A stretch of 64,000 bases of DNA. It comes from Mizuhopecten yessoensis. Taxonomy: Eukaryota. The position numbers and the translations under genes are program-made. Location: positions 301,466 to 365,465 of the forward strand of contig NW_018405678.1 of the NCBI RefSeq assembly GCF_002113885.1. The letters run 5' to 3'. The stretch's first letter is position 1, and every line of letters begins with the position of its first letter. The notes beneath the pieces are model-generated. The model was given only the letters and a program-made list of their open reading frames with translations, did no database searches and was not told the DNA's origin. This document shows positions 49,701 to 61,000 of this stretch, piece after piece.

Positions 49701-51578
49701 ATAGCCATGTGTCTAAGCTCTGGTGGAGAACTATATCCCTCCTACAACTTGGAGGACTATATCCCTCCTACAACTCGGAGGACTATATCCCTCCTACAAC
49801 ATACCAATAGGTAATTCATAATATAGCCATGGTCTAAGCTCTGGTGGAGAACTATATCCCTCCTACAACTTGGAGGGCTATATCCCTCCTACAACACACC
49901 AATAGGTAATATAGCCATGTGTCTAAGCTCTGGTGGAGGACTATATCCCTTCTACAATACACAATAGGTGACATAGTGATGTGGCTACTGTCTGGTGGAA
50001 CTGGGGGGGGGACTATATCTCTTCTACAATACACAATGGGTGACATAGTGATGTGTCTACTGTCTGGTGGAGGACTATATCCCTTCTACAATACACAATA
50101 GGTGACATAGTGATGTGTCTACTGTCTGGTGGAACCAGGAGGACTATATCCCTTCTACAATACACAATGGGTGACATAGTGATGTGTCTACTGTCTGGTG
50201 GAACTGGGGGGGACTATATCTCTTCTACGATACACAATAGGTGACATAGCCATGTATCTACTCTCTGGTGGAGGACTATATCCCTTCTACAATACACAAT
50301 AGGTGACATTATATAAACACAATTACATGCATTAGAGTGTGACAGTACCTAGGGTCACCCCGAGGTTATCACCATCACCTTCGGCTTCGCCTCGGGTAAC
50401 AGTGATAACCTCGGGTAACAGTGATAACCTCGGGTAACAGTGATAACCTCGGGTAACAGTGATAACCTCGGGTAACAGTGATAACCTTGGGGCGACCCTA
50501 GGCACCGTCACACTCAAATGTCAATGTAGTATTTATTTTATCATACCAAAAGGCAATCATCTGTGGGGAGTTCTTACACCAAATCACCATGAAAAAACCA
50601 ATGGCCCTCGATCTGCACCAGAAATAAAGATACATTAGACCTACTGCATCGTTTCCACATTTCAGAGTATGCCTGTAGTGTTTATCTAGCAGATGGCCTG
50701 TTATATAATTACAAGGTAACCAAATCAAAGAAGCCCTTGGAAATCCCACTCATTTCAGCGTTGTCGTATGAATCACCAGAGAGTAATAAACAGTAGCGAA
50801 ATGGAATGCCTTTGGCCTGCTAGGGCGTTAGGAAGCACCCTTCCATTGACTCATTAATTGTTAAATCGAATGTGACAGTATGAAATGAACAATTTGTCTC
50901 GACCAATCAGATTACAGGATTTTCACTAGAGGTATGAAAAAGTGATTTGTCTACTCTGTTGTGGGGAACGATGTCCCTTCTGCAATACACAATACAATGT
51001 AGGTGACATAATGATGTGTCTATTCACCAAGCATATACATTTGGATTGAAATTTATTCCTGATTTAATCTACCTTTTTGTGAAATCCTTGCCTTTATAAA
51101 TATACAATGGTATTGTACTTTTGGGTCCACTCCCTTTCTGACTCCATATACCTTCGGGTTAACTCCCTTTGTGACTAATACACCTTAGGTTTACGTCCCT
51201 TTCTGACTCAATACACTCAATACAACTCCCTTCATGACTTATTAAACCTCAGGGTTAACTCCCTCCGGTACTAAATTATATATCTTAGGTTTAGGTCACT
51301 TTCTAACTTAATGTAAGTTTAGGTTTCCCACCTTTTCGACTCAATATATTGTTGGGTTAACTCCCTTCATGACTTGACATAAGTTGGGGTTACCTCCCTT
51401 TTTGACTTGTTTTCATGTAGTGTCGACGTAGACGTAAGCTGACTTAGTATACCTTTGGGTTAACTCCCTTCCTGCCGATGTGTAGAAGCCAGACTAAACA
51501 TCCTGTAGCGAGAGCCACAGTCCATACGGGAAGCTGTATGTATTCTGACACAGTGGCTGTTAAAATCTTCTCCAACAT
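34709..51578 (-). CDS. TYW1: S-adenosyl-L-methionine-dependent tRNA 4-demethylwyosine synthase (wybutosine pathway), 723 aa, 14 coding exons
   Basis: Minus-strand exons: 51578-51453, 49449-49321, 48562-48461, 47436-47245, 45148-45049, 44881-44697, 41949-41797, 40848-40705, 39408-39290, 38671-38562, 37930-37753, 36858-36612, 35807-35640, 34927-34709. All GT-AG, phases consistent, 2172 nt. N-terminal TM segment; flavodoxin motifs (KVLFGTQTGKSK, STYTEGQPP, YAVFGLGNSLY); GSHSGVKLCRWTK; radical-SAM CANKCVFC; HCALSLVGEP; FIEVKGVTYCG; EHEHS; C-terminal GFDPKETRF. Confidence 0.96.
39420..40465. repeat. 42-bp minisatellite (about 19-20 regular units plus degenerate units) in TYW1 intron 8
   Basis: Unit CTTAGGACTGTAACCAGGCAACAACTACAAGATAAAGTAGAG. 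Confidence 0.95.
41340..41680 (-). mobile_element. HINE-like element remnant
   Basis: Two internal repeats (AAGTTTGGTTGG..TAGCA) and a terminal TCTCGCTTCCTCTACTTCGTCGCAGCGAGACA hairpin. Confidence 0.45.
42074..43930 (-). mobile_element. HINE/Helentron-type element carrying a satellite array of alternating ~305/~323-bp monomers
   Basis: Terminal AACAAGAGGCCGATGGGCCTTAACGGTCACCTGA, typical of oyster Helitron-N/HINE ends; monomer landmarks at about 42511, 42817, 43140, 43445, 43768. Confidence 0.75.
44498..44728. repeat. 120-bp tandem duplication containing the TYW1 exon-6 donor
   Basis: GCTATAATATTTCTCATTAAAAGCCTGTAAG at 44498 and 44618. Confidence 0.85.
49425..51025. repeat. ~57-66-bp minisatellite (with 22-bp subrepeats) derived from the TYW1 exon-2 acceptor
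   Basis: Unit CTACTGTCTGGTGGAGGACTATATCCCTTCTACAATACACAATAGGTGACATAGTGATGTGT; interrupted by the 50310-50940 element. Confidence 0.9.
50310..50940. mobile_element. Crypton-like non-autonomous element with a hairpin enclosing a 20-bp tandem repeat (about x5)
   Basis: Inserted at GGTGACAT|AGTGAT of a minisatellite unit without an obvious TSD. Inverted GAGTGTGACAGTACCTAGGGTCACCCC / GGGGCGACCCTAGGCACCGTCACACTC; (CCTCGGGTAACAGTGATAA)-type array; TTATCATACC..GGTATGAAAA. Confidence 0.55.
51110..51475. repeat. ~33-bp degenerate minisatellite derived from the TYW1 first-coding-exon donor
   Basis: Unit GACTCAATATACCTTTGGGTTAACTCCCTTCCT, about 9 copies. Confidence 0.8.
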
Positions 51579-54500
51579 CTTTGTCGATCAGTGTAATAAA
51601 ATGAAACTTTTACTGTTGTCATCTGTTGTCAGACATTCCACTCTGAAAACAACAATGTAGCTACATAGAAGATTTGCCAAATACATAACTTAAAGTAATT
51701 TCCTTTTCATCAGTTATATTGAATTTGGTGTGTTCCTTGTCATCCGATAAAAGATCAGTGATTTTTGAACATATACACGCTTTCAATTTAGGTTTACTAT
51801 ATTGGACTGATCATTTTGTTTCCCTAGAACATATATATAACATCGAAATAATTTCCAAAACACTTAATTCTACACTATAATGATATCAAAAAGTCAATCA
51901 CATTCTAGAAAGCCAATCTCACAATTTGCAAACCAAACTCTACTTTAAGTCAGTGAGGACAAGTATGAATTATATCCAGTTAGTTTACCTGAGAGTCATC
52001 AAATACGTGTACTTTCACTTTTTTCATTTTGATGCAATGAGTTTTGAAAATTTGGTATTTGACATACATTTATTGACTCACTGCTTTTCAGAACTTGTTA
52101 AGAACAGAGGCAATAAACATTAACAGCAGAATACCAGAAAAATGAGGAATTCTGTGGCAATGAAAAATGGACCTTTCAGACAGGGACACATTTCAAAACC
52201 CTTATTATAATTATTTTTTTTATTTTTTTGGGGGGGGGGGGTCTAGTTTCACAGTTGAATTACAGGCTGTTATAAGTGTACCTATATTTGTAGCAACAAA
52301 AAGAAAAAATGAGGAGGACCTTCTCAATGACAACAAAAATAAAGCTTAAGTTTCCAAATTCATTTAAGAACAAGCTGTTGTTAATTTTGAGAAGAAAAAC
52401 AGTGGCAAACCTACACTATCAGAAGCTAGGGCTAGGGGGTGAGCCAAGGATACATTTTCATACAATCAAATATTCCAACAAAGCTTCAATAATGACTTCC
52501 CACAGAAAATAAACTAAGTATACCCAAAACTGCATTTTTTTTTTATAAACTATAGTAAATGTAACCCCCTCTGCAAGGGGAAATGGGTGACCAGGGTTAA
52601 GGAAATTTGCGATTTTGATAAAGCACCTTTGGTTATAAGCACCTTAGCACCTTTCCATCTATAAACAGTATTTGATTCTAGCATATATAGGTCTGCAGAA
52701 GAAGATTGTTGAAATTTGAGCCAAGTTTAGCTCAGGCCCTGGGGCGAGCCTGGGACTAAATTATCATACTGTCAAACTGCAATGATATGATTATGATTGT
52801 AACTAAACTTGAATGATTATATGAACTATAGTACATTCTACCTCATTCCAGGGGGGATAGAAGACCCAGTAAAGATGAAATTCCCAATTTTTATAAAGAA
52901 CCTCATAACTGGGTCTGAATCTGACCCTGTCACTCTGGCCCCTGGGGGTTAGATCCATATAAAACAGAAATTTGGTTTGCCTTTAACCATGGAAACTTAC
53001 TGCAAAATTTTATTGAAATTGGTTCTGTGGTTTTGGGGAAGTTAAAAATGTGAATTTTGCTTAAATAGACAGATGATGCGTGAAAACGGACAAAAGACAA
53101 TTGAAACAGGTCCACTGAGTATATTCTAATAACACAAGAACAAATAATCAAAATAATTGACCAATGTACATCAAATAACTGTTTATCTGGCATTATTATT
53201 ATTATAATGGATTTAACTTATACGACCTACACATCTTTATTGGACATGACTCAAGTACATGGAATTTCTTCTTGTATGGGTAAAGTACAAATTCTCATAT
53301 CTCTTCTCCTTTTCAGAAATTCTGAACAATGAGTGATTTTTTTTTTTTCAAATACACTGTATAAGATTTATAGGAATTTTAGTAAAATATAGAAAAAATA
53401 TAGCAATGGCCAAATATTTAGAAAATTATAGGAATATGTAGGAAACAGACACTGCAATTTTGCGCCACTCAAGTTCTGCATTCAAAAGTTACTTTTAGGA
53501 CAAAATCTACAATATTTTCGACAAATAATTTCTGCTTAGGTCATTATTGACATTGTTCTTGACATGGGTATACAAAGTAACTTTCCGTATTTTTTTTTCA
53601 TTTTGAGGAAAAGGTATGAGCCCATCACATACTACACTGGCATGAGTCTGTATGAAATACTTTAAAAAATGTTTTTGTTTGAAGCGAAACTGATATAAAG
53701 AAATTTAGTTTTATATTATATTCTGTTTTAACAAGTTGCATAATTTTAGGACCATATTTATAAACAGAACTTTAAACTTGTTTCTACATAGTATTACATT
53801 AATATTAATACCCGGCCTCTTCTTCCTCGTGGCAAGAAGCTACGTTATCGCAGCTAAGGTGACAGTACGCCAATCGGATCACCAAACCATCATTTTATTA
53901 AAACCTTGAAAAATCTGAGGAGGAATTATATCCATTTATGGTTGTATCAAAGAAAAAATATCGATGGGTGTTCTTACAAACGAAATTAGCACCCGGGGCT
54001 CACTTGAGATATTTATAGAACGCTCTGAAGTCACCAACCAGTGTCTCCGGTTTTGTCGGGACCCAAATCGGATCATGGCTTGAATTTTGCAGTATATTAC
54101 GCTTCAAATGAATATTTTGTCAGCATATAAACATTTTATGATGACCTTTAGAATTTATATGACAAAAAGTATTTCTATAGTGTGAATTTATTCCTCTAGT
54201 CCAAAACTGAATGCATAGTCGTCGCATGCGCCATTATTTAAAAACGCAATCAAAACACTGACATTTGAGTTTGAATTACGTTTTCTTGTGCTATTTGAAC
54301 TTAAAAACTAATCATCTGTTGACAAAAAATGGTGCATGGCTATCTATTCTAAGATTACATCATTGTTATAACTGATTTGCTGACACATTTATTGATTTAT
54401 AAGTATTTTTGCAAAAAGTGATCCGATTTGGGTTCTGCCTCGACAGTATATCGACAAATAAGCGAAACAAACAACAAAACCACAAGAAAGATGTTCGTTG

Positions 54501-54639
54501 TATGTCTTTCGTACTCTTGCTATTAATTTTCAAATATTTCTTTTACCTCCAGAGAAAGTATTGTTATTCATTGTGGTGTTAGACCTATATTTCCACTGTC
54601 TACCGCCTAAAGACAAAAAAATATATCTTCTTTCCTCCC

Positions 54640-54945
54640 TGCACGTCCACATGCAACTTCCGGTGAAAACATAATATAGAATAAAAACCGTAATTGCAAT
54701 CCGGATGTTTTCTTCGGTTTTGTTCCAAATGCTATTTCTGTCGAATCGTTTTTCCTTTACCATAGTTATACAGAAATATACAGAAAGTGTATATTTCTGA
54801 TATTGAAGTAATTAATTATTTGAATAAGGGAGTTATTGATACTTGTGTTATTTTTATTTTTCACCTTCGTTACAAGAACTTATATGACATGGATTGTTTT
54901 ACTTTCGGTTTAGAATACACACCTTCATGAAGAGGAAGTGAAAAC
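54640..54945. promoter_or_regulatory. Putative divergent promoter region (TYW1 / DED gene) with ETS and IRF motifs
   Basis: ETS-like ACTTCCGGT (54656-54664) and CCGGATGT (54701-54708); IRF-E-like AAACCGAAAGTAAAAC on the minus strand (54896-54911); EICE GGAAGTGAAA (54934-54943). Candidate first-exon donors at 54546 (minus) and 55010 (plus). Confidence 0.45.
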
Positions 54946-55008
54946 CCTTCGTCATTTAGATATAAATTAATGTTAGGGACTCATCAGAAGACCAAATGAA
55001 GACCTAAA

Positions 55009-58000
55009 AGTAAGTTACAAATATTTCAACGTTTTTGTTTTAGCTAAACAGACAATAGTAGATCTTGTTCCATTGAACAGTTGAAGACATTATTCGGTTA
55101 CTCCGACTGGCACTAGGCCTAGGGAGAAGTCTTTGACAGCGAGGCGTACAGCTGTCATTTTTTGGTGAACATTTTGTCATAAATTGTTTTGTTGGGTTTC
55201 AAAAGAAAAAAACAACTTTTGATTTTGGTAAATGTTGAATTCTTTTATTTTGTAAGTCCACAGGTGTTTGAAATTCTGACTGTAAATTGAGATAAAAATC
55301 ATATTAAAAATAAGTGCATTACTATAAAAAGGTACTGTACTTTTTATAGTAATACCCTTATTTTTTTATATGATTTTTATCTCAATTTACAGTCAGAATT
55401 TCAAACACCTGTGATAAGTCACAGTATCTACAACAAGTATTGTATTCAACCAATAATCAAGACAATGTCTTACCTTCACATAAACAGCTGATAAACAGGT
55501 TGGACACTGTAACCCCTATATGGCTTATAACCATGAATTTAAGTTACAGTCACTGTTTTAAGTAACAATTATATTATTGAAATGGGGAATAAATTAAAAT
55601 CAAAACTCATCAAGTTCTTTTTAACTATATTATAACTTGAATATAAAATAGACAGTTTCATGCGCATGCTCACCTTTCGCATTTGCACTGACTATCATTG
55701 CACCCCCTGGTATTCGATGGAGAACAAAGTCAGTGATTGTCATTTTAACAAGAACAATGACAATCAATGACTTTGTTTTTTCATTGAATACCTGGGGGGA
55801 GCCTGACCAGGATTCAAACCAGGGATCTTCCGAACACTAGATGAATACTCTGTCAATTGAGCTACCTGGTCCCCAGCGATCAAACTAGTCCAGTTCCACT
55901 ACACATATACACATCTATTTCTGCAATATTTCTTTATAAATATTGTTCCCCTTGATTGATCATTTAATAAGGACAGCAGGGCCTCTTAAATGGAAAATGC
56001 TGTTTGTCCTTTTATCAGGTATAGAAGTAAGAACATATAACCCTTCAATGGGTGGAAAAATTGCCATTTGGATAACAGCTGATTTTTTTTAAAAGTAATT
56101 ACACTTAAATTGTTGACAAGTAAAATAAATTGACAAACAGAAAGTTCTTAAATAGAGAACAAAAAAGGCATCATTCTTTCAGCATAGACCGAGTTATGTA
56201 CCTTATTGTGTACAAAAATATCAGTTCTGAAGTTTAGTTTTACTGAATTCCCTACTGCAAAACTGGATTTAAAAAAATATATTTTCAGGATGGCTTGAAA
56301 ACTGGCTTGGCCATCTTGGGTATTTGACTGAACATACCTATTATCATTAACAATTTCTTATTGAGTTTTATTGAAATCACTTAAGCAAGCATAATTGGAG
56401 ATATTCACATTATAAGCAGCAGTGAATACTCTCTGGGATATCAAAGGAACCCCACAAAAAGGCATCACTTAATCAGGATCATGTACTATGAACTTTCCTA
56501 GGAAGCTTTATTTAAATGACTTCTGCAGAAGTGGAGTTAAGATTTTTCAAGATGGTTGTAATGGCTATCACCTGGATTGCTAACCTTTTTATATATAGCT
56601 ACCGAAAAAATAACAACACATTCTCATTTAAGTTTCATTAAGTCCTTTCGGCAGAACAAGATTTATCAGTTATAAGAGATATACAAGCCATCGGGCAAGT
56701 GGAATTTTACACCCTTACAGTCAACCTGTATGATTGACCCCCAAAACAGAGCAACAGTTTGTCAGAATCATATACTAAACATTTTCATAAAGTTTTATTG
56801 ATATTCCTTCAGTTGTATTTGCATTTAAGATAAAAATGTAAAAGGTAAACAGACAATTGAAATAGACGGGTTACAATACTGGTCACCGTGAGCCTTTCAA
56901 GGCCTCAGGTGACTCAAAAATATGTCTAGGGTAGGAATATTTACACCAGGTAGGCTGGTAGGCTTTACTTCGGCCAGAAAAAAACCATATGTGTGTTTCA
57001 GGTAACATGCCTGAAAATAATAGGGTATGTCAGTTAAGGCAAATAATTTTATTTTAATGTATTTATTTTAATTTTCGTGAATTCATATTATGCTTTATTT
57101 CAAATTTACAATGCATTTTCACACGTTATAATGGCTATTGATTTGTCAAGAATAAGATCAGACTTGTAGAATAGGTACATTTTAATGAGTAACTGAACTT
57201 AGTGTGGCTAATAAATTAATTTTATAGATACAAGTATAGGTGATAAATATCTAGGGTCGACAATAAAATCAAGGGTAGGTCGGGATACCTGAAACACACA
57301 TATTTTCTTTTTGCCTTACCACGCATGGCTGTACATGTTGTGAAATGAAGCCTATCCATTTTTCATCATGGCCAAGGCCTTGGTATAGGTAAACGCACTA
57401 TAATGCATCATTTATCATGGGTGATGAAACACACATCTAGTTTTAAAGATAAATAATTCAAGAGCTATTTTACACCTAATGATATAGAGTTGTAGGCCGG
57501 GTTGATCACTCTGAAAACATTCCTAAACTGTAATTCATTCAATCCTGTCCAGTTAATCAATTGTTGAGTTTTAAAGATAAATAATTCAAGAGCTATTTTA
57601 CACCTAATGATATAGAGTTGTAGGCCGGGTTGATCACTCTGAAAACATTCCTAAACTGTAATTCATTCAATCCTGTCCAGTTAATCAATTCATGAGTTAT
57701 ATGTCCTGTTTTATTTAATAACACTTAATTTGCTTGGAAAATAATAACAAATTCCTCAGCTTGCTATAAACACACATACAAATGTAACATATCTGCCAAA
57801 TTGACATGTCTCCTTTATTTATAGTGGCATCAGGGGGATTTCCAGATCCTGGTCGTCCTGGCGACGATAGACCAGGAGACACACCTTTAATTCCTGCACC
57901 TGATTCTGCATCGTCCGATGATCCCGATAATCAGACGTCACAAGATTCTGATCAGTCATTTGACACCAGTTCTGGTCTAGAGACATCCAGGGTACATGTC

Positions 58001-61000
58001 GGGTCATCCTTGAGCCCAGTGTTGATGCCAGCCTCTATTGACTGGAAACTGAAAGTGTTTCTGATGAATATTGCAAGGAACATTGATGAGGAAGACTTGG
58101 ATGATATGAAATTCCTGATGAAAGGTACTGATGATTAATTTCATTATTTGCCAATAATGCCAGTATCAATAATATAAGACCCCTTTATGCCCAGGGGTGT
58201 AGCATAGGGAAATTTCACCCTCGGGATTTTCAAATTTGGCAAAATCCACGTTCCAACTACTGGACTACTAACATGAATGTATATGGCAATGTTTAAATAT
58301 GTACATGTAAACAAATACCTTCACTCGACAAAGCAAATTTGCTGGAGATATGTCACACACGGCTGATTTATAAACATTTAAGTCCATCATCATCAGAATG
58401 TCAGCTGTTCAAATCGCCCATTGTCCATGGTCCGCCCATGTTGGTAATTAGTTGTGTATGTTTAATTTTGAGATTGATCAGAAAAACAAGTCCATAATTA
58501 TGCTTTTCAGAAGAACAAGATGGCAGCCAGATGACTATAATTTCCCCAAAATCATTGCATTATAAAGTTAAGGTAATCAGATACCAGGACGGTTTGCTCA
58601 TTTAATCAATTGGTCTGTGATGTAAAATCTTAGAATATGTCTCATTTTAGAATCTAATGATGCTTAACTTTATTTTGTTTCAAAGGAGAGTGTGGAATGG
58701 GTAAGAGAGCACTATCAGAAATAAAGACTGTCAAACAGTTCTTCAACCACATGATGGAAATCGACTTTGTGAACAATAATAATCTGTTACAACTACAGAA
58801 CTTACTCTGGCATTTAGGCAGGAAAGACTTGCACATCAAGTTCGTAGAATTTGCCAGAGACTACAAGACAAGCCCACTACACTTCTTTATACCGAACCGT
58901 GAGCCAAGTAAGTGTAAAGTTTGTCAAAATGTTCCCGTCAGTATAGGGTTCATATATCCACTTAAAGTGAGTACATAGTTGATTTCTGCATGAGGTAATT
59001 ACAATGTGTCAGTAGTTTTCATCTCTACCCAAAATAAGGACAGAGAATATTTTAATCTTCCGTAATATATATAGTACAGGGTTGATCACTACCACAAAGA
59101 AGCAATCTTTACTAAAAAGTAACTACAGGGTTGGTCTCTGTTACATGCTGTGTCACATTGTCCGTTGTCTGTCAGCTTTATCCTTTAAAGGACTTCTTCT
59201 TAAGAACAGAAAGGCCTAGGGTTATGATATTTGGTAAATTCCTGAGATAGGCCCTACAAATGTTGTGAATAAAAATGACCTGGACTTACTTTCAATGTTG
59301 TCACAGTAATAAAATATGTCAAAATCTTCAAACAACTTCTTCTGAAGTACAAAAAGGCTTAGAGTAATGATAAAAGGCTGGTAGCTTTCTGGGATGTACC
59401 CGGAGAACATTGGCTAAAAACATTCAAAAAATTTGCTTGACTTCTTCTGATGAACCAAAAGGCCCAGAGTCGTGATATTTGGCTGGTAGCTTCCTGGAAT
59501 GGAGCCCTACAAAAATTTCAAAAATGGAATTATCTTGACCTGCATTATGTACTTTCAAAGTCACATGGATCAAATATGTTGAAAACTTCAATTTAACTTC
59601 TTCTGGAAAAAAAAATGTCCTGGAATCATGATATGAGGCTGATAACTTTCTGGGATGGAGTGTAACAAAGTCAAAGTCGAAGACGTAAAATATGTCAAAA
59701 ATATCTTCTTCTGAAGAACCAAAAGGCCAAGAGTCATGATATCTCTAGCTGGTGATCTTCTAGGAAGGAGCCCAAAGTTTGTGAATAAAAAAAACATTTA
59801 CTTACTTTTAAGGTCACAGGGGCAAATAAATAAAAACCTTCAAACGACTTCTTGATAACTAAGAGGCATAGGGAAGATACTTGCCAGTAGCATGATTGGA
59901 TAAAGGGCTATCCATTTTGTTTCAAGAAAATGATCTTAACCCTCTTTTAATGTCAAAGGGAACAAATATGTAAAAATCTTCACACAACTTCTTCTAAATG
60001 TCCAAGAGACCAAAAGTTATTACATTCAACCTGTAGCTATGAAGTGAAAGATCTGAATAGATGAACTAGACCTTCTTTGAAGGTCAGCTTATTTCAGTAA
60101 GTTAAAGTCTCCCAAAGAAGACTGATAACGTGCAAAGTACCAGGTAATAAAATCATCAAATAAAGAATGATAATGTTTAAAGTAACATTTACTGAAGCCA
60201 AATTAAATAGATATATATATGACATTGTCCCTCTTTGAAGGTCATGGATGCAAGATGAATAACAGATGAGCAAAAATACATTGTTCTCTTTAACTCAGTC
60301 ACCCCTGAAATTTCATAAAGGACTATTCCAACCTATGATTTGAAGAGTTCAAATGTATCTTCAGGGGTGAAAGAGTTAACAAGTAAACTCATGGTTGACT
60401 TCTATGCATTTCTTTTACTTTTAATACTGCTTTAAATCCCCAGTTTTATTGTGTATCATTTGGAAACAAGAAATTGGTTAAGGAATACATAATATTATTT
60501 TCCTTTAATCATCAATGCATATTGTTCAATAGTTTCTGATATAAATGTCAATATTCATTCAGGTAACATATTACTGATTATCTTTGTCCGAAGGAAATGG
60601 TTATGTGTATGCTGACTTCCATATTGGGGGAAGTCTGGAGACCACATCGAGGCAGGAACTTGAAATCCTACGAACAGAAATAGCAGAACTGATGTGTGTT
60701 CCTCCAAAATTCATATTCATCAAAGGTTTAGAGCCCCTACATAGTTTGATTGTGACCCTGATGGTTCCAGCCAAGGCGGCATTTGCCCTGTTTGAACTTT
60801 CAGAAGTTGAGAAGTCTATATTACAGAGCCTGAGAATCGACTCATTTGGGGTGGGGGACAAACGTGTGGTTCTGGCAAGTAAGTATCCACTTGTGTTTAT
60901 TCCACACTTATTCCACACTATCAACTCTTTCTGTGATTTGTCTCATGTTCAGGTAACTCCCCAGGGCCATTTTGATAATGGACCACACTTTTGTAAAATA

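Noticed and set aside
51556-51621. Idea that Phe (UUU) frameshifting in the overlapping uORF autoregulates TYW1 via wybutosine status
   Set aside because: The main frame is -1 relative to the uORF, but neither TTT codon has a cognate -1 slip site (both become ATT), and an in-frame TGA blocks the upstream route.
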